DNA of 62,987 bases, filler included, from Saprolegnia diclina VS20 (lineage: Eukaryota), in assembly GCF_000281045.1 (NCBI RefSeq). It is 5 parts of 2 records of this genome, joined end to end, with 100 filler letters (N's around TTAATTAATTAA, not from the genome) between each part and the next. Parts side by side here need not be neighbours in the genome. Positions count along the whole stretch, not along the records: positions 1 to 16,506 come from NW_008246101.1; 4 more parts are not named here. One strand, written 5' to 3'. Position 1 is the stretch's first letter, and each line of letters opens with the position of its first letter. Position numbers and translations under genes: made by a program. The notes beneath the pieces were generated by a model, which was not told where the DNA came from, did not search any database, and worked only from the letters and a program-made list of their open reading frames with translations. This document shows positions 1 through 10,570 of this stretch, one piece after another.

Positions 1-299
1 TATAGCTGAGAATACCACGTGCCGTTGGGCACACGGAGCATGTGACAACGTCGTCGCCTGCATCTTGGCTTGGCATTCAATGATCCAAACTTGGCGCCGC
101 GTCGGTTACACTTTGTCCAAGTTGAAGCTTAGCGTCGTCTGATTCGACAGCAAAAACGAATCAGATGTCTACAGACACAGCCTTCTTCGCGCCACGTCGC
201 TCTGTGGCATTGGTCCGCGCCTATCTGCTGCAACGGCCACTTGCTACCTCACAAATCCTACCCTTCGCACAACACAAGAACGACGCCGCGAACACACGC

Positions 300-761
300 T
301 CCAGCGCCCTGCCCAAAAGAAGGCGGAAGCCAAGGTAATGCGCGCAGGCGAAGCGACTGCACGCGCCACCCAGAGGGCCAACGAGGCGCCTGAAGAGAAG
401 GCTGCGCGATTCGCCAAGCGCAAAAAGACGGAAGACACCGACAAGAAGCCGCGCATCAACCAACATCCGCGGCGCCTCTGCAGCTCCCCGCAACGACGCG
501 CCGGACGCATCCACCATTGTGCAACCGGCCAACGAGAGCAGGCGCTATGACAGCGACAAGACGATCAACACACTCAAGGCGTACAGTCGCACACACGACC
601 TCAAGGTGCGCATTCTTCGGCGCCATCGTCCGCCTTCTTGCGCTTGGCGAGTCGCGCAGCCTTCTCTTCGGGCGTCTCGTTGGCCTTCTGGGTGGCGCGT
701 GCAGTCACTTTGCCCGCGCGCGTGATCTTGGATTCTACCTACTTTTGGGCAGGGCGCTGGA
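300..761. repeat. Inverted duplication: gapless 136-bp arms (300-435 and 626-761) around a 190-bp spacer
   Basis: The reverse complement of 626-761 aligns to 300-435 with about 17 mismatches (~87% identity, hand count). Both arms translate to a similar Lys/Ala-rich peptide (QRPAQK..ATARATQ.ANE.PEEKAAR.AKRKK). Confidence 0.9.
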
Positions 762-1350
762 CGATCACTCGGCCACCATTCATTGCAACGATGGTCACGG
801 GCGAAGTCATCGATGGCGTTGACGTGCTCGGGATCTGCGACTCTCTTGAACCGAGCACCAGCGGCGAGAGCTTTGCGGCTGGTTGATGGCTTGGCAGGCG
901 GGTCCCGCGCCACCGTACGATGCCCGCTGCGGGACACACGAGTGCCTTTTGTTTCAATGTGTCAGGTCAACAATGTCCATGAGCGGACCCACTTGACGTT
1001 CGGGATTTCATCACTGCTTCATTGTCTGAGGCACAGCGCCTCCTCCACGGCGAGACACAACCACAGCCTGGCTCGGACTGCAGTTTACCCTCCACAATTT
1101 ATTGTAACCAGAATCTTCTAGCAGTTACGCTTCATGGCAACTTGTACGCCACTGCCGACAGAATGCGATGCCAAACTTACACGACGAGCCGGTGCACTTC
1201 CTCTCAAAAAAAGGTTTTCACGAGCCCACTCCGCAGGAACCCAATCTTATAATCTTATTGCCGCAGAAAGGGCAACGTAATCGACCAATCAACACACGGA
1301 CAGTTTCATTTGGTTCTGCATCTCAGATCTCAGATCTCGTCGATTTGCGA

Positions 1351-2535
1351 TCACTGGATACGGTGGTAGCGGACACCACGGCCCGAGCGCTTGACAACGA
1401 CAAGCACCAAGGCAAGTACGCAGACGGCGACGACGGCAAAGAGGCTGCCAGCTTCGGCGGGCGACGACACGGCCGAGAGCGTCGTCCAGCTGCCGCCCCA
1501 GTACGACTTGGTCAAGCGCGGGAACAACTTGACGGCAATCGGCGTCTCGAGCGGCGATTGCGTAAACACAAACGAGTCGAACGTGTTGTTGGGCGTCGCG
1601 AGAACGTTCGGGCCGCGGACACTGTGCTTCTTGGACGGGCGGCGCGTCTTGGGCAGTTCGAGGGGCGTCGCGTTGAAGTACTGCACAACGCTGTAGCCCT
1701 GCGTCGACGCGGAGAGGACGCCCGTCACCTGGACCGTGACGGCGCCGCCGTCAGACGCCGACGCGTACACGTCCTGGCACACGACCGACCCGACGTTGGC
1801 GACACCAGCGTCTTCGGCGGTGATCTTGCCCGTGACGCACGTGCCGTGGGGGTAGACGTTGACGCGGCCGAGGTCCTCGGCGTCGACGACAAGCTTTCCA
1901 ACTTCGACGTGGTCGACCGCCTGCAGGTAGACGGCGCCGGCATCTTGGGCCACGGCTTTGGCGGACGGCACAACAGCAACGTCAGCGGCCAGCGCAACCA
2001 CGCCACGGTCCTCGGCCGTCAAGCTGAGCTTGTAAGTGACATTGAGCGACGACGACGAGACTTGGACAGTAGACGCATCCGCCGCGTCCAGCTTGAGGTT
2101 GTATGCGGCGAGCGAGGCGTTCGAGGCGTAGTGGATCGAGCCGGCGTCGTACGCCCGGAGCGTCACGTTGGCCTGCGCGCTCGACGCCAGCGCACCATCG
2201 TGGACGACAGTTTGCGCCTGGGACGAGATGTACGAGACGGGGGCGTTGGCGCGGACGGTCACGACGAGGGCACCGGCGGTCGTGGCGTCCGGGTACGCGT
2301 GCGTGAGGTTCAAGTACGAGTTGTTGGTGCCCTTGTAGTAACGGTAGGTGACATCAGCGAGCACGAGGTTGAGGAGCGCGGCCGAGTTGGACGCGATCGT
2401 GACGTCGGTGGCGTTGCCGCCGTCGTTGGCGCGGACGATAACGCGTCCTGGCACGTCCAAGTAGAGACCGTGGAGAGTCTCGTTGGTGCTGAACGTCTTC
2501 TCAAAGAGGCCCGGCGCGGTGATCGTCTCCGACAT
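1351..2535 (-). CDS. GIN-domain (DUF2807, auto-transporter adhesin head-like beta-helix) protein with C-terminal TM helix, paralog 1 (394 aa)
   Basis: Single-exon ORF starting MSETITAPG. It has repeated 'A-x-D-x-G-x-V' beta-helix units, a C-terminal hydrophobic helix (LFAVVAVCVLALVLVVV) and a basic tail ending RYHRIQ. Confidence 0.75.
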   Translation of the reverse strand: MSETITAPGLFEKTFSTNETLHGLYLDVPGRVIVRANDGGNATDVTIASNSAALLNLVLADVTYRYYKGTNNSYLNLTHAYPDATTAGALVVTVRANAPVSYISSQAQTVVHDGALASSAQANVTLRAYDAGSIHYASNASLAAYNLKLDAADASTVQVSSSSLNVTYKLSLTAEDRGVVALAADVAVVPSAKAVAQDAGAVYLQAVDHVEVGKLVVDAEDLGRVNVYPHGTCVTGKITAEDAGVANVGSVVCQDVYASASDGGAVTVQVTGVLSASTQGYSVVQYFNATPLELPKTRRPSKKHSVRGPNVLATPNNTFDSFVFTQSPLETPIAVKLFPRLTKSYWGGSWTTLSAVSSPAEAGSLFAVVAVCVLALVLVVVKRSGRGVRYHRIQ

Positions 2536-3303
2536 GATAAAGTGCAAAGTGACTAAGTCGTCGATTCGGCAGTGTAGAGTGCGTGTAACGAGAGTGATGG
2601 GCCTGCGCATCCCTGGCCTCGGACAGGCCATTGGCCATGGGCACGCGACGGCGTCGTACAGTGGGGAGCGAGTGGTAGCAACCAGTCGTAGAGAGCCGGC
2701 GGGATCGGTCGGAGGTGGAGAGCTGAGCTAGAGTAGTCCAGAGCTCAGGACAGGAGTCGGGTGTCGCGACATATGAGGAAAGGCGACACCCACCGGCGTC
2801 GGATCTTTGCTGCCGCCGAGCGTGGTGGTTGCTTCGTCCCAAGCTTGGAGAAGTGTTAAAGGCAGCATCTTTATTCGTGTCGGTTTTGCGTCTGTGCGCG
2901 AATCGCTGCCGTCTCGCACCGTGCTCCGCGGAGGCGTCGACCATGATGCAGGACGAGAGCGCGTGGATGATGGACGCTCCAAGGAGCAGCTGTCGCGGAC
3001 GTGAGCATTTTCCAAAACACGTCACGCAGCTGCGTTGTCAATATGGATGCCTGCGCGTCGTGCGGCACGTCAAGCCAGCGCTTGCTCAACGAACGAGTGC
3101 GAGAATTGAAGTGGCATTCCTCAACGAACGGATTCAAGAATTGGAATTGAGTTTGAAGTGCTCGAAAAGCCGGAGCTGCCCACGGGGAGCAGCCTATGTA
3201 CTTCGTATTCCACCGTAGGGACGCATTTGTCATCATCGTACATTGGACACAAAACGGTGCTGAATTGATATTAGCTTGATACATTCCGACCAAAAGCCAT
3301 ATC

Positions 3304-4536
3304 TTACTGAATGCGCTGGTAGCGTCCGCGCGCGACACGCTTGATGGCGACAAAGGCCGCAAGGAGGACGAGCGCGGCGCAGGCGACAAGCGACGTGGCT
3401 TCCATCGAGGCCGACACGACCGTCGGCGCTGTGTTGAGCGCCGTCCAGCCGCCCCAGCTCCAGCTAAAGCCGTGCACACGCGGCGTAAAGACGATGGCAA
3501 TGGGCTCGGCGCGGGGCGTCGGCAGGAGCGTTGTCGTCGCGTACTCGTTCGTCGTCGTTGCGTGCACGTTGGGGCTGTCGAAGCGGAACCACTTGTGCGG
3601 GCGGCGCGTCTTGGGCAACTGCGCCGGCGTCGAGTTGAAGTAGGTCACGGCGCCGCCGTCGTCCGTGCTCGCGTGCAAAATCCCAGTCGACTGGAGCACG
3701 ACGCGCCCGGCGTCGGCAGCCGACGCGTACGAGTCGACGCAGACGATCGACCCGATGTACACGGCGCCGAGGTCCTCGGCGTCGACCTTGCTCGTGCTGC
3801 ACGACCCCGACGGGTACACGCTCACGACGCTGGCGTCGTCGGCCGACGTCTGCAGCTTGTCGACGCGGACGTCCGAGTGCAGGTAGATGGCGCCGGCGTC
3901 GCTCGCGCTCGCCTTGAGCGTCGCCGCCGACGTGGTGTTGGCCGTAACCGCGACGCGACTGCTGTCGTCGGCGTCGATCGAGAGCTTGGTCCCGACGTCG
4001 ACCGACGGCGTCACAATTTGGATCGTCGCCGCGTCGGAGGCATCCAGCTTGAGGCTCTGGACGCGGACGCCGGTGGTGTCCGTGTAAAAGATGGCGCCGG
4101 CGTCATACGCGCGGAGCTCGAGTGCCGCTGTCGCGTCGCTTGTCGCCAACGCGCCCGCCTCCACAATCGTCTCGGCGTGCGTCGAGAGGTACGTCACGGG
4201 CGACCGGAGCACCACGTCGACGAGGAGCGCGCCACGCGTCACGTGGTCCGGGTGCCCGGTCGTGATGTTGAGGACCGGGTGGGGGCCGGGCACTGGCAAC
4301 TCAACGCCGTCGATCTCAATGTGCGTGTCAAAGCTACGGTTACCCACGCTCGCGAGCACGAGGGCGAGGAGGTCTGCGGACGTGGCCGAAGCCGTCACGA
4401 CGGCGCTGGCGTTGGCCGCTTGGTCGTAGCGGACGTGGACGCGCCCGGGCAGGTGGAGGAAGAGCCCGTCGAGCGTCGCGTTGAAGGTCCAGCGCTGCTG
4501 CACGAGGCCGGGGGGCGTGATCGTCTCGGAGGCCAT
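3304..4536 (-). CDS. GIN-domain (DUF2807-like) membrane-anchored protein, tandem paralog 2 (410 aa)
   Basis: Starts MASETITPPG and is collinear with 1351-2535 (shared LRAYDAG, AEDLG, LPKTRRP, TM helix and RYQRIQ tail). An INR/FPR-like motif lies just upstream. Confidence 0.78.
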   Translation of the reverse strand: MASETITPPGLVQQRWTFNATLDGLFLHLPGRVHVRYDQAANASAVVTASATSADLLALVLASVGNRSFDTHIEIDGVELPVPGPHPVLNITTGHPDHVTRGALLVDVVLRSPVTYLSTHAETIVEAGALATSDATAALELRAYDAGAIFYTDTTGVRVQSLKLDASDAATIQIVTPSVDVGTKLSIDADDSSRVAVTANTTSAATLKASASDAGAIYLHSDVRVDKLQTSADDASVVSVYPSGSCSTSKVDAEDLGAVYIGSIVCVDSYASAADAGRVVLQSTGILHASTDDGGAVTYFNSTPAQLPKTRRPHKWFRFDSPNVHATTTNEYATTTLLPTPRAEPIAIVFTPRVHGFSWSWGGWTALNTAPTVVSASMEATSLVACAALVLLAAFVAIKRVARGRYQRIQ

Positions 4537-4550
4537 GGTTGTAGGCGGTG

Positions 4551-4566
4551 GCAAATTCAGATCTGA
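4551..4566 (-). promoter_or_regulatory. INR-FPR-like core promoter of GIN paralog 2
   Basis: Minus strand reads TCAGATCTGAATTTGC, 14 nt upstream of the ATG at 4536, resembling the oomycete INR+FPR motif. Confidence 0.45.
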
Positions 4567-5940
4567 ACCCAACGGTGTTGGCTGGTGAGCGGCTTCAGAA
4601 TGTATGTCCCGAATCCTGGTCCGCAGAATGCAGGCTGGTCCAACTGTCCGATGTCGTGGTTGGCACCGCGTTCTGGCGCGGCAAGGCGCCAGAGACTGCT
4701 GCGAGGGCGGGATAGAAGGCTCTTGTGGGCACAATCTTCGCCTCTGGGACGACGCTGCGAACGGGTTCTGGTATGCAGCCGAATCCAGAATGCGTGAAGT
4801 GCAGATCTCTGAGTCGCATGTCGCACTGTGAATCTGGTGCCGTTGGCTTGTGGCAGTCCAATGCAAGGGAGTGAGATGGGACGCACAGCCTGTACGAATG
4901 AACTTCTGCGCGGTATTCGACCGAGATGCTGCTGCCCCAAGAACAAGCCCAAGGTTCATGCCCAAGGTCGAGCCGCATATAGCTGACACGCGGACATACG
5001 AGCCGCCTGTAACATAAGCTTACTTACTCGCCAGCGACTTGCCTACATACCAGCTGCAGCCCCGTCGGTCATCGCCCAGTCACGGTGGTGACCCCCGTGG
5101 GATGCAGCACCGTGTCAGAGCCAATCATGCGTCGCACTGACGCACGCGGTGGGTCGGGAGCCAATGAAAGCAGTCGCTCCCTCAACGAGCTGACGGGCTG
5201 CGCCTATAGCCCTTCCCCGAAGAACAAGCTATCACGCTCATTTGCGAGTTGGGTCGTCAAGCTCCCAACCTCATAGATACTCAACCCACCACTTGCGGCG
5301 GCGAAACGCGATCCCATGCTCGTGCGTTGGAGGACGAAACACTGGCAAACAGACAAGCAGAGTCGTGTGGTTCTGCGCATGACGACTGCATCTGCACGAT
5401 ATGAAAGGGCTTGTCGCTGACCACAGACTCTAGCCGAATGGATACCTCGAGCACCAGCGATATTGGGTGCCATCGACCGTTGCCCATAGCTAACGGCTTT
5501 GGACTTGAAGCATGGGCTTCGTCGTGGAGTGTTTCACCGAGCTGAACCAGCGATACTCGCGGCGAGCTGGCTGCCACAGCGTCGCTACGCAGCTTGCCTT
5601 TTGACCACGTCAACTGCGTTGAGCAGAAGTGTCGGTGGAGTAGCTGCACGAAGCACCATTACGCCTGACAAAAATCGTCGGGTGATAGCTCGTCGTCACC
5701 GATGTCCTAGGCTACCAGCTTTGGCTACGAAGCTCATCATCACTTATTACCTTCCTGGAGGCCATTTTGCAGGCCACATACGAGGCGGTATTCTTGGTGG
5801 CACCTCACAACCCGTTGCGCCTTCAAGAATGGCCCAAGACACGACAAGCAACGCTCGGTACCGCACTGGCCAGATGGTCGTCAGTCCCAGCGCGCGCTGA
5901 CCATCGCTGCCATGTACACCATTTTCGAATTATATCGGCC

Positions 5941-7665
5941 ATGCTAGGCCAGCGCCATGACGTCGCCCGCCACGAGCGCAACTCGCGCGCCAGCATTGCG
6001 AGCAGTCTGGGCAAGCCCGAGTTCGACTACATCGAGGCCAAGACGCCGACGGCCATGGAGACGGGCGGGCTCCGCGCCGGCGACGCGCCCGTGTACACGT
6101 CGCCCGAGATCCTCGCGCTCCTCTTCCAGTACGCGGCCATTGGCGTCGTCTACGGCGGCATCTCTGGGATGCAGTACCCGATCCTTACCGCGTACTTCAA
6201 CCTCGAAGGCAACATCCTCAACTCGGCGACGGCGCTCATGAGCCTCGGGTGGTCGCTCAAGGTCTTCTTCGGCATGCTCACCGACTGCGTGCCCATCTGC
6301 GGCTACCACCGCAAGCCATACATCCTCATCGGCTGGACCCTCACGGCGATACTGCTGCTCATCGTGGCGCTCAAGCCCGCGGGCGAGCCGGCGCCGGATC
6401 CTCATGCGACCGCCAACGGGTCGGTGCTCGCACTGCTCTGCGCGGTCGCGTGCTTTTGCTACATCATGGCCGACGTCGCGCAGGACGCACTCCTCGTCGC
6501 GTACTCGCAGCGTGAGCCGGTGGCCCGTCGTGGTCGGCTCCAGGCGCTGATTTACTCGGTGCGGGCGCTGGCGATGCCCGGCATGTCAGCAGTCTCCGGC
6601 TTCTGCCTCAACTCGACGCGCATGACCGGCACATACGACTGGGACATTGGCGTCAACGGGTACTTCTGGATCTTGGCGGCCACTTCGATCCTCAACGTCC
6701 CGGTGGTCTGGTTTTGGCTCAAAGATGTTCAGTCGACGACGCGGGTGTCGGTCTCGAGCTACTTGGCGCGGTTTTGGACGCTCGCGCAAAAGCGCGTCGT
6801 GTGGCAGGTCATGCTCTACATCTTCTTCTTCGCCTTCTTCACCTCGTACATCTCGACGACCGCGGCGCCGTACGTGGCGCTCTACTGGGCCAAGGTCGAG
6901 AACCTCAACTCGTCGCTCATGGGCATTCTTGGCAGCGTCCTCTACGCTGGGATTATCGCAGCCACGGGCAAGTACGGCACGCGCTGGAACTGGCGCTACA
7001 TGCTCGTCCTCACGACGCTAACAGCCAACGCGATTGACGCTGTCGTAGCGTTCTGCACCATCTACAATGTGGTCCGCAACCAGTGGTTCTTCCTCGGCGT
7101 GCCACTCACGGAGCAGCTGCCCTTAGCCGTCAACTTTGTCGTCGGGTCCTTTGTCATTGTCGAGTTGGCCGAAGAAGGCAGCGAAGGCGTGCTCTACGGC
7201 CTCCTCACCACCATCCACAACCTCCCGGGCGTCTTTGGCCCGATGATCACCAACGTGGTTGACGCCAACTTCAGCGTCAGCAGCCGCGCGATCAAGAAGG
7301 ACCTCCCCGAGACCCGAAACGAGGTCGCGTGGACGTATGCCATTGCGTATGCGTCCACTGTCATTGGCTGTCTCTGGGTCGTCCTGCTGCCGAGTCAAAA
7401 GGAAGCGGTCTTAGAGCTCAAGAAGCACGGCGGGAGCTACCCGACCGTCGCCGGATGCATCTTTTACGCCTTCTTCGTCATCCTCGCCACGTCCATCACG
7501 GGGACGATGACGTCGATGTTTGACTCGACCAACTGCCTCAAGCTTGCCGGTGGGCACGGCTGTCCGGAAGAGACGTCGCAGCTCTACTTGCTCGGCATCT
7601 TCATCCCTGCCGGTCTCGCATTGCTTGGTATTCTGTACTTCAAATTTCGACTCGGATCGGAATGA
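5941..7665 (+). CDS. Folate-biopterin transporter (BT1/FBT family, MFS), 574 aa
   Basis: Motifs LGWSLKVFFGMLTDCVPICGYHRKPY, ADVAQDALLVAYSQREP..RGRLQ and VELAEEGSEGVLYGLLTT, with about 12-13 TM segments. Intronless. Confidence 0.9.
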   Translation: MLGQRHDVARHERNSRASIASSLGKPEFDYIEAKTPTAMETGGLRAGDAPVYTSPEILALLFQYAAIGVVYGGISGMQYPILTAYFNLEGNILNSATALMSLGWSLKVFFGMLTDCVPICGYHRKPYILIGWTLTAILLLIVALKPAGEPAPDPHATANGSVLALLCAVACFCYIMADVAQDALLVAYSQREPVARRGRLQALIYSVRALAMPGMSAVSGFCLNSTRMTGTYDWDIGVNGYFWILAATSILNVPVVWFWLKDVQSTTRVSVSSYLARFWTLAQKRVVWQVMLYIFFFAFFTSYISTTAAPYVALYWAKVENLNSSLMGILGSVLYAGIIAATGKYGTRWNWRYMLVLTTLTANAIDAVVAFCTIYNVVRNQWFFLGVPLTEQLPLAVNFVVGSFVIVELAEEGSEGVLYGLLTTIHNLPGVFGPMITNVVDANFSVSSRAIKKDLPETRNEVAWTYAIAYASTVIGCLWVVLLPSQKEAVLELKKHGGSYPTVAGCIFYAFFVILATSITGTMTSMFDSTNCLKLAGGHGCPEETSQLYLLGIFIPAGLALLGILYFKFRLGSE

Positions 7666-7693
7666 AAAATGGTGTCATCTTTTTGTGCAACAG

Positions 7694-8662
7694 TCACATT
7701 GTCAACGTAGCTGCGCTAAGTAGTGCGACGATGGCACTGTGGTGGCGCTGCTGCGCGCCGATGATCGCTTCGCGCGAGCCGCCTTCGCGCCGGTGCGTCA
7801 AGAGGAACCGGACGACGTCCAAATGTCCGTGGAAGCTCGCTCCGTCGATCGCGCGCGTCGAGCACCCCTCGTGGCGGAACCGGTGCAAGAAGTCGACGAC
7901 GGTCAAGTGACCGTTGGCGGCTGCCTCGTCCATCGCGCGTACCGTGCAGCTTTCGCGGCGGTGGTCGTGCAGAAAGGCCACGACGTTCAAGTGACCGTTG
8001 GCGGCCGCGCCGTCCATGGCGTCCGTCGAGCAGCCCTCGCGGCGCACGTCGTGGAGGAAGCGTACGATTTTGATGTGGCCGCGGGTCGCTGCGTCGTCCA
8101 TGGCTCGGCGCGTGGCCTCATACCCGCGCGTGTGGAGACTCTGGACCATTGGCAAGTGACCGGCCCGCGCCGCCAAGTCCAGCGCAGAGGCAGTACAGCG
8201 GTGGTCCTTACGCAACAAGAGCATCTGTACGACTTTGACGTGGCCCTTCCAAGCGCCGAGCTCGATTGCGTGTGTGAACGGCAGTGTGTCGGTCGGGCAC
8301 ATCGCCGGCGACGCGAGGATGGACGCCAAGAGCACCTCGTCGTTCACGGCCACGGCATGCGTCAGCAGGACAAAGCGCATGTTGTCGTCGCATGCTACAA
8401 GGCGATGTAGGCGGCGAACGCCCCACTGTGCGAGCCATGGCGCAAAGGCGGCAGCGAACGCGGCCAGTTGCTGGTCGAGCGCGTCGTAGAAGGGCACGAG
8501 GCGCAGAAGCCACGGGTGGCGGAAGGCCGAAGGGCGCAGCAGGCTGCAGCTGGCTTCATGCACGCAGCGCAAGCAGGCGCGGACGTCGGCGTAGACACCG
8601 GCCTCGTAGCTGGCGATGACGCGGACGAGCTCGGCGTTGCGCAGCACGACGCCTGCTGCCAT
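7694..8662 (-). CDS. Ankyrin repeat protein (oomycete-expanded type)
   Basis: About 5-6 repeats of EGCSTxAMDxAAxNGHLxVVxFLH after an N-terminal VLRNAELVRVIASYEAG segment. Confidence 0.85.
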   Translation of the reverse strand: MAAGVVLRNAELVRVIASYEAGVYADVRACLRCVHEASCSLLRPSAFRHPWLLRLVPFYDALDQQLAAFAAAFAPWLAQWGVRRLHRLVACDDNMRFVLLTHAVAVNDEVLLASILASPAMCPTDTLPFTHAIELGAWKGHVKVVQMLLLRKDHRCTASALDLAARAGHLPMVQSLHTRGYEATRRAMDDAATRGHIKIVRFLHDVRREGCSTDAMDGAAANGHLNVVAFLHDHRRESCTVRAMDEAAANGHLTVVDFLHRFRHEGCSTRAIDGASFHGHLDVVRFLLTHRREGGSREAIIGAQQRHHSAIVALLSAATLTM

Positions 8663-9298
8663 TGTGGGCGAAAGAATTGCAAGCAGCAGCCAATCATATG
8701 CTGGAAAGCCACAAGCTTTTGGCCAATCCAACTCACACGAGCGCGATCTTCACCGCGAATCATCGCTGGGTCAGCAGCAGGATTTTAGCCAATCGGATTG
8801 CTGCGAGCCACGGCCCAAGATGACGTCATTAAATTGCACTGTATTTAAATTGTAAAATGAAATTTGTACTTGATATTTGTATCAAACAGCACGGGATTTT
8901 ATAGAAACGCGTGCGCACTACACGCCCCACACACATTCGCAAATAGTCTGGGTCAAATATAACATCATTTACGTTTTCGTGCCGAGGCGTCTTCCACGGA
9001 AATAGTCTGAACTTCAACCTCCCTATGACAGGACCATCGCGCACCGATTTTGACGGCAACAGAGTCGCACAGAGCTCCCAGCTTCTCTCTTGGCCTCTGT
9101 GTCGAATGCGTCGTTGAGACCAAGCTCCTTCGCACTGCGTGTGGTACCCACGGAACCCGGCCGAGGCCAAGTGCACACTATTTATGTCGACGAAGTCCAG
9201 GAATTCCGGTTTCATCCGGATACTGCGTATTAGTAGACAGCTCAAGAGGGGCGAGGAGTTCCTGACCACACCAGTTTCTGTTGCATCAACACGCCACC

Positions 9299-10337
9299 AT
9301 GTTCCACGTAAGTCCTTAGCCGCGCGGCTCCATGGCCTCATGCGCAGGCTGCCACGTAGACTCCTCTGCGCGCCCTTAGCAAGCTCTCGGCTGCCCGCTT
9401 CGCCTCGACCTTGGTTGTCGCCGAGCACGCCGGCCAGAAGCTCACGGGCGGGACCCTGAGCGCGATCACGGCCGCGTCCAAGATTGGCGGCGACATCACG
9501 GTGCTCGTCTCGGGCTCCAACACGGCCGCCATCGCGCAGGAGGCTGCGGCCGTGCAGGGCGTCAAGGCCGTTCTCCACGCCGACAGCGCGCAGTACGACC
9601 ACGCGATCGCCGAGGAGGTCACGAACCTCGTCGCCGCCGTCCAGGCCGCGTCGAGCTTTTCGCACATCCTTGCGCCGTCGTCCAACATCTCGAAGAACTT
9701 TGTTCCGCGCCTCGGCGCGACGCTCGACGTGGCGCCCTTGACGGATGTGCTCGCGGTCGTCGACGAGACCACGTTCCAGCGCCCCATGTACGCCGGTAAC
9801 GCGATCGCGACCGTGACGTCGTCGGACGCTGTCAAGCTCATGACGATCCGCCCCACGGGCTTTGAGAAGGCGGCTGCCACGGGTGGCTCGGCCTCGGTGT
9901 CGGCCGCGCCCACTGCTGCCCCCGCCAACTTGACCAAGTTTGTCTCGGAGGAGACGAGCTCGTCGGACCGCCCCGACTTGGCCTCGGCTCGCGTTGTCGT
10001 CAGCGGTGGCCGCGGTATGAAGAGCGGTGAGAACTTTGCCATGCTCAACACGCTCGCCGACAAGCTCAAGGGCGCGGTCGGTGCGTCGCGTGCGGCCGTT
10101 GACGCGGGCTTTGTCCCGAACGAGCTCCAGGTCGGCCAGACGGGCAAGGTCGTCGCGCCGGAACTCTACATCGCCGTCGGTATCTCGGGTGCCATCCAGC
10201 ACTTGGCCGGCATGAAGGACTCGAAGACGATCGTCGCCATCAACAAGGACGGCGAGGCCCCGATCTTCCAGGTCTCGGACTACGGTCTTGTCGACGACCT
10301 CTTCAAGGTCGTCCCCGAATTGACCGAAAAGATCTAA
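9299..10337 (+). CDS. ETFA: Electron transfer flavoprotein alpha subunit, mitochondrial (intron 9308-9359)
   Basis: Spliced N-terminus [26 protein letters not shown] is transit-peptide-like. Motifs [57 protein letters not shown]. Confidence 0.97.
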
Positions 10338-10570
10338 ACGACACGAAGAAACATTGTGTGCTTGTCTTGTGTGTTGTCATCGTCTCCATCCACACGTCGC
10401 GGTCATGAAGCCGCCCAGCGTCGCCTCCACATGCACCACAAGCGCACCGGTATCACTTAGGTCTCTATTGCAGCGTCCACAGAGCTACTTGCTGCGCCAT
10501 CGACGCCACCTTGACGCCACCGTACCCCGTGCCCCGCTCTTGGGTACGTGGCGGATCCCCTTCCTTGGGT

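Noticed and set aside
1168..2556. Long antisense ORFs (1168-2556+, 3472-4566+, 8829-10202-, 17035-18234+, 49177-50139+, 51430-52500-, 55842-56891-)
   Set aside because: These are shadow ORFs opposite real genes, expected from strong GC3 codon bias. The translations are Arg/Gly-rich with no family motifs.
3086..3150. Short direct repeat ctcaacgaacg..gaattg between the GIN genes
   Set aside because: Two short imperfect copies only, with no spacer array or element boundaries; not CRISPR-like.
9338..9360. Apparent in-frame TAG upstream of ETFA suggesting readthrough or a non-ATG start at 9411
   Set aside because: Explained by a GT-AG intron at 9308-9359 joining ATG-TTC-CAC to the main exon.
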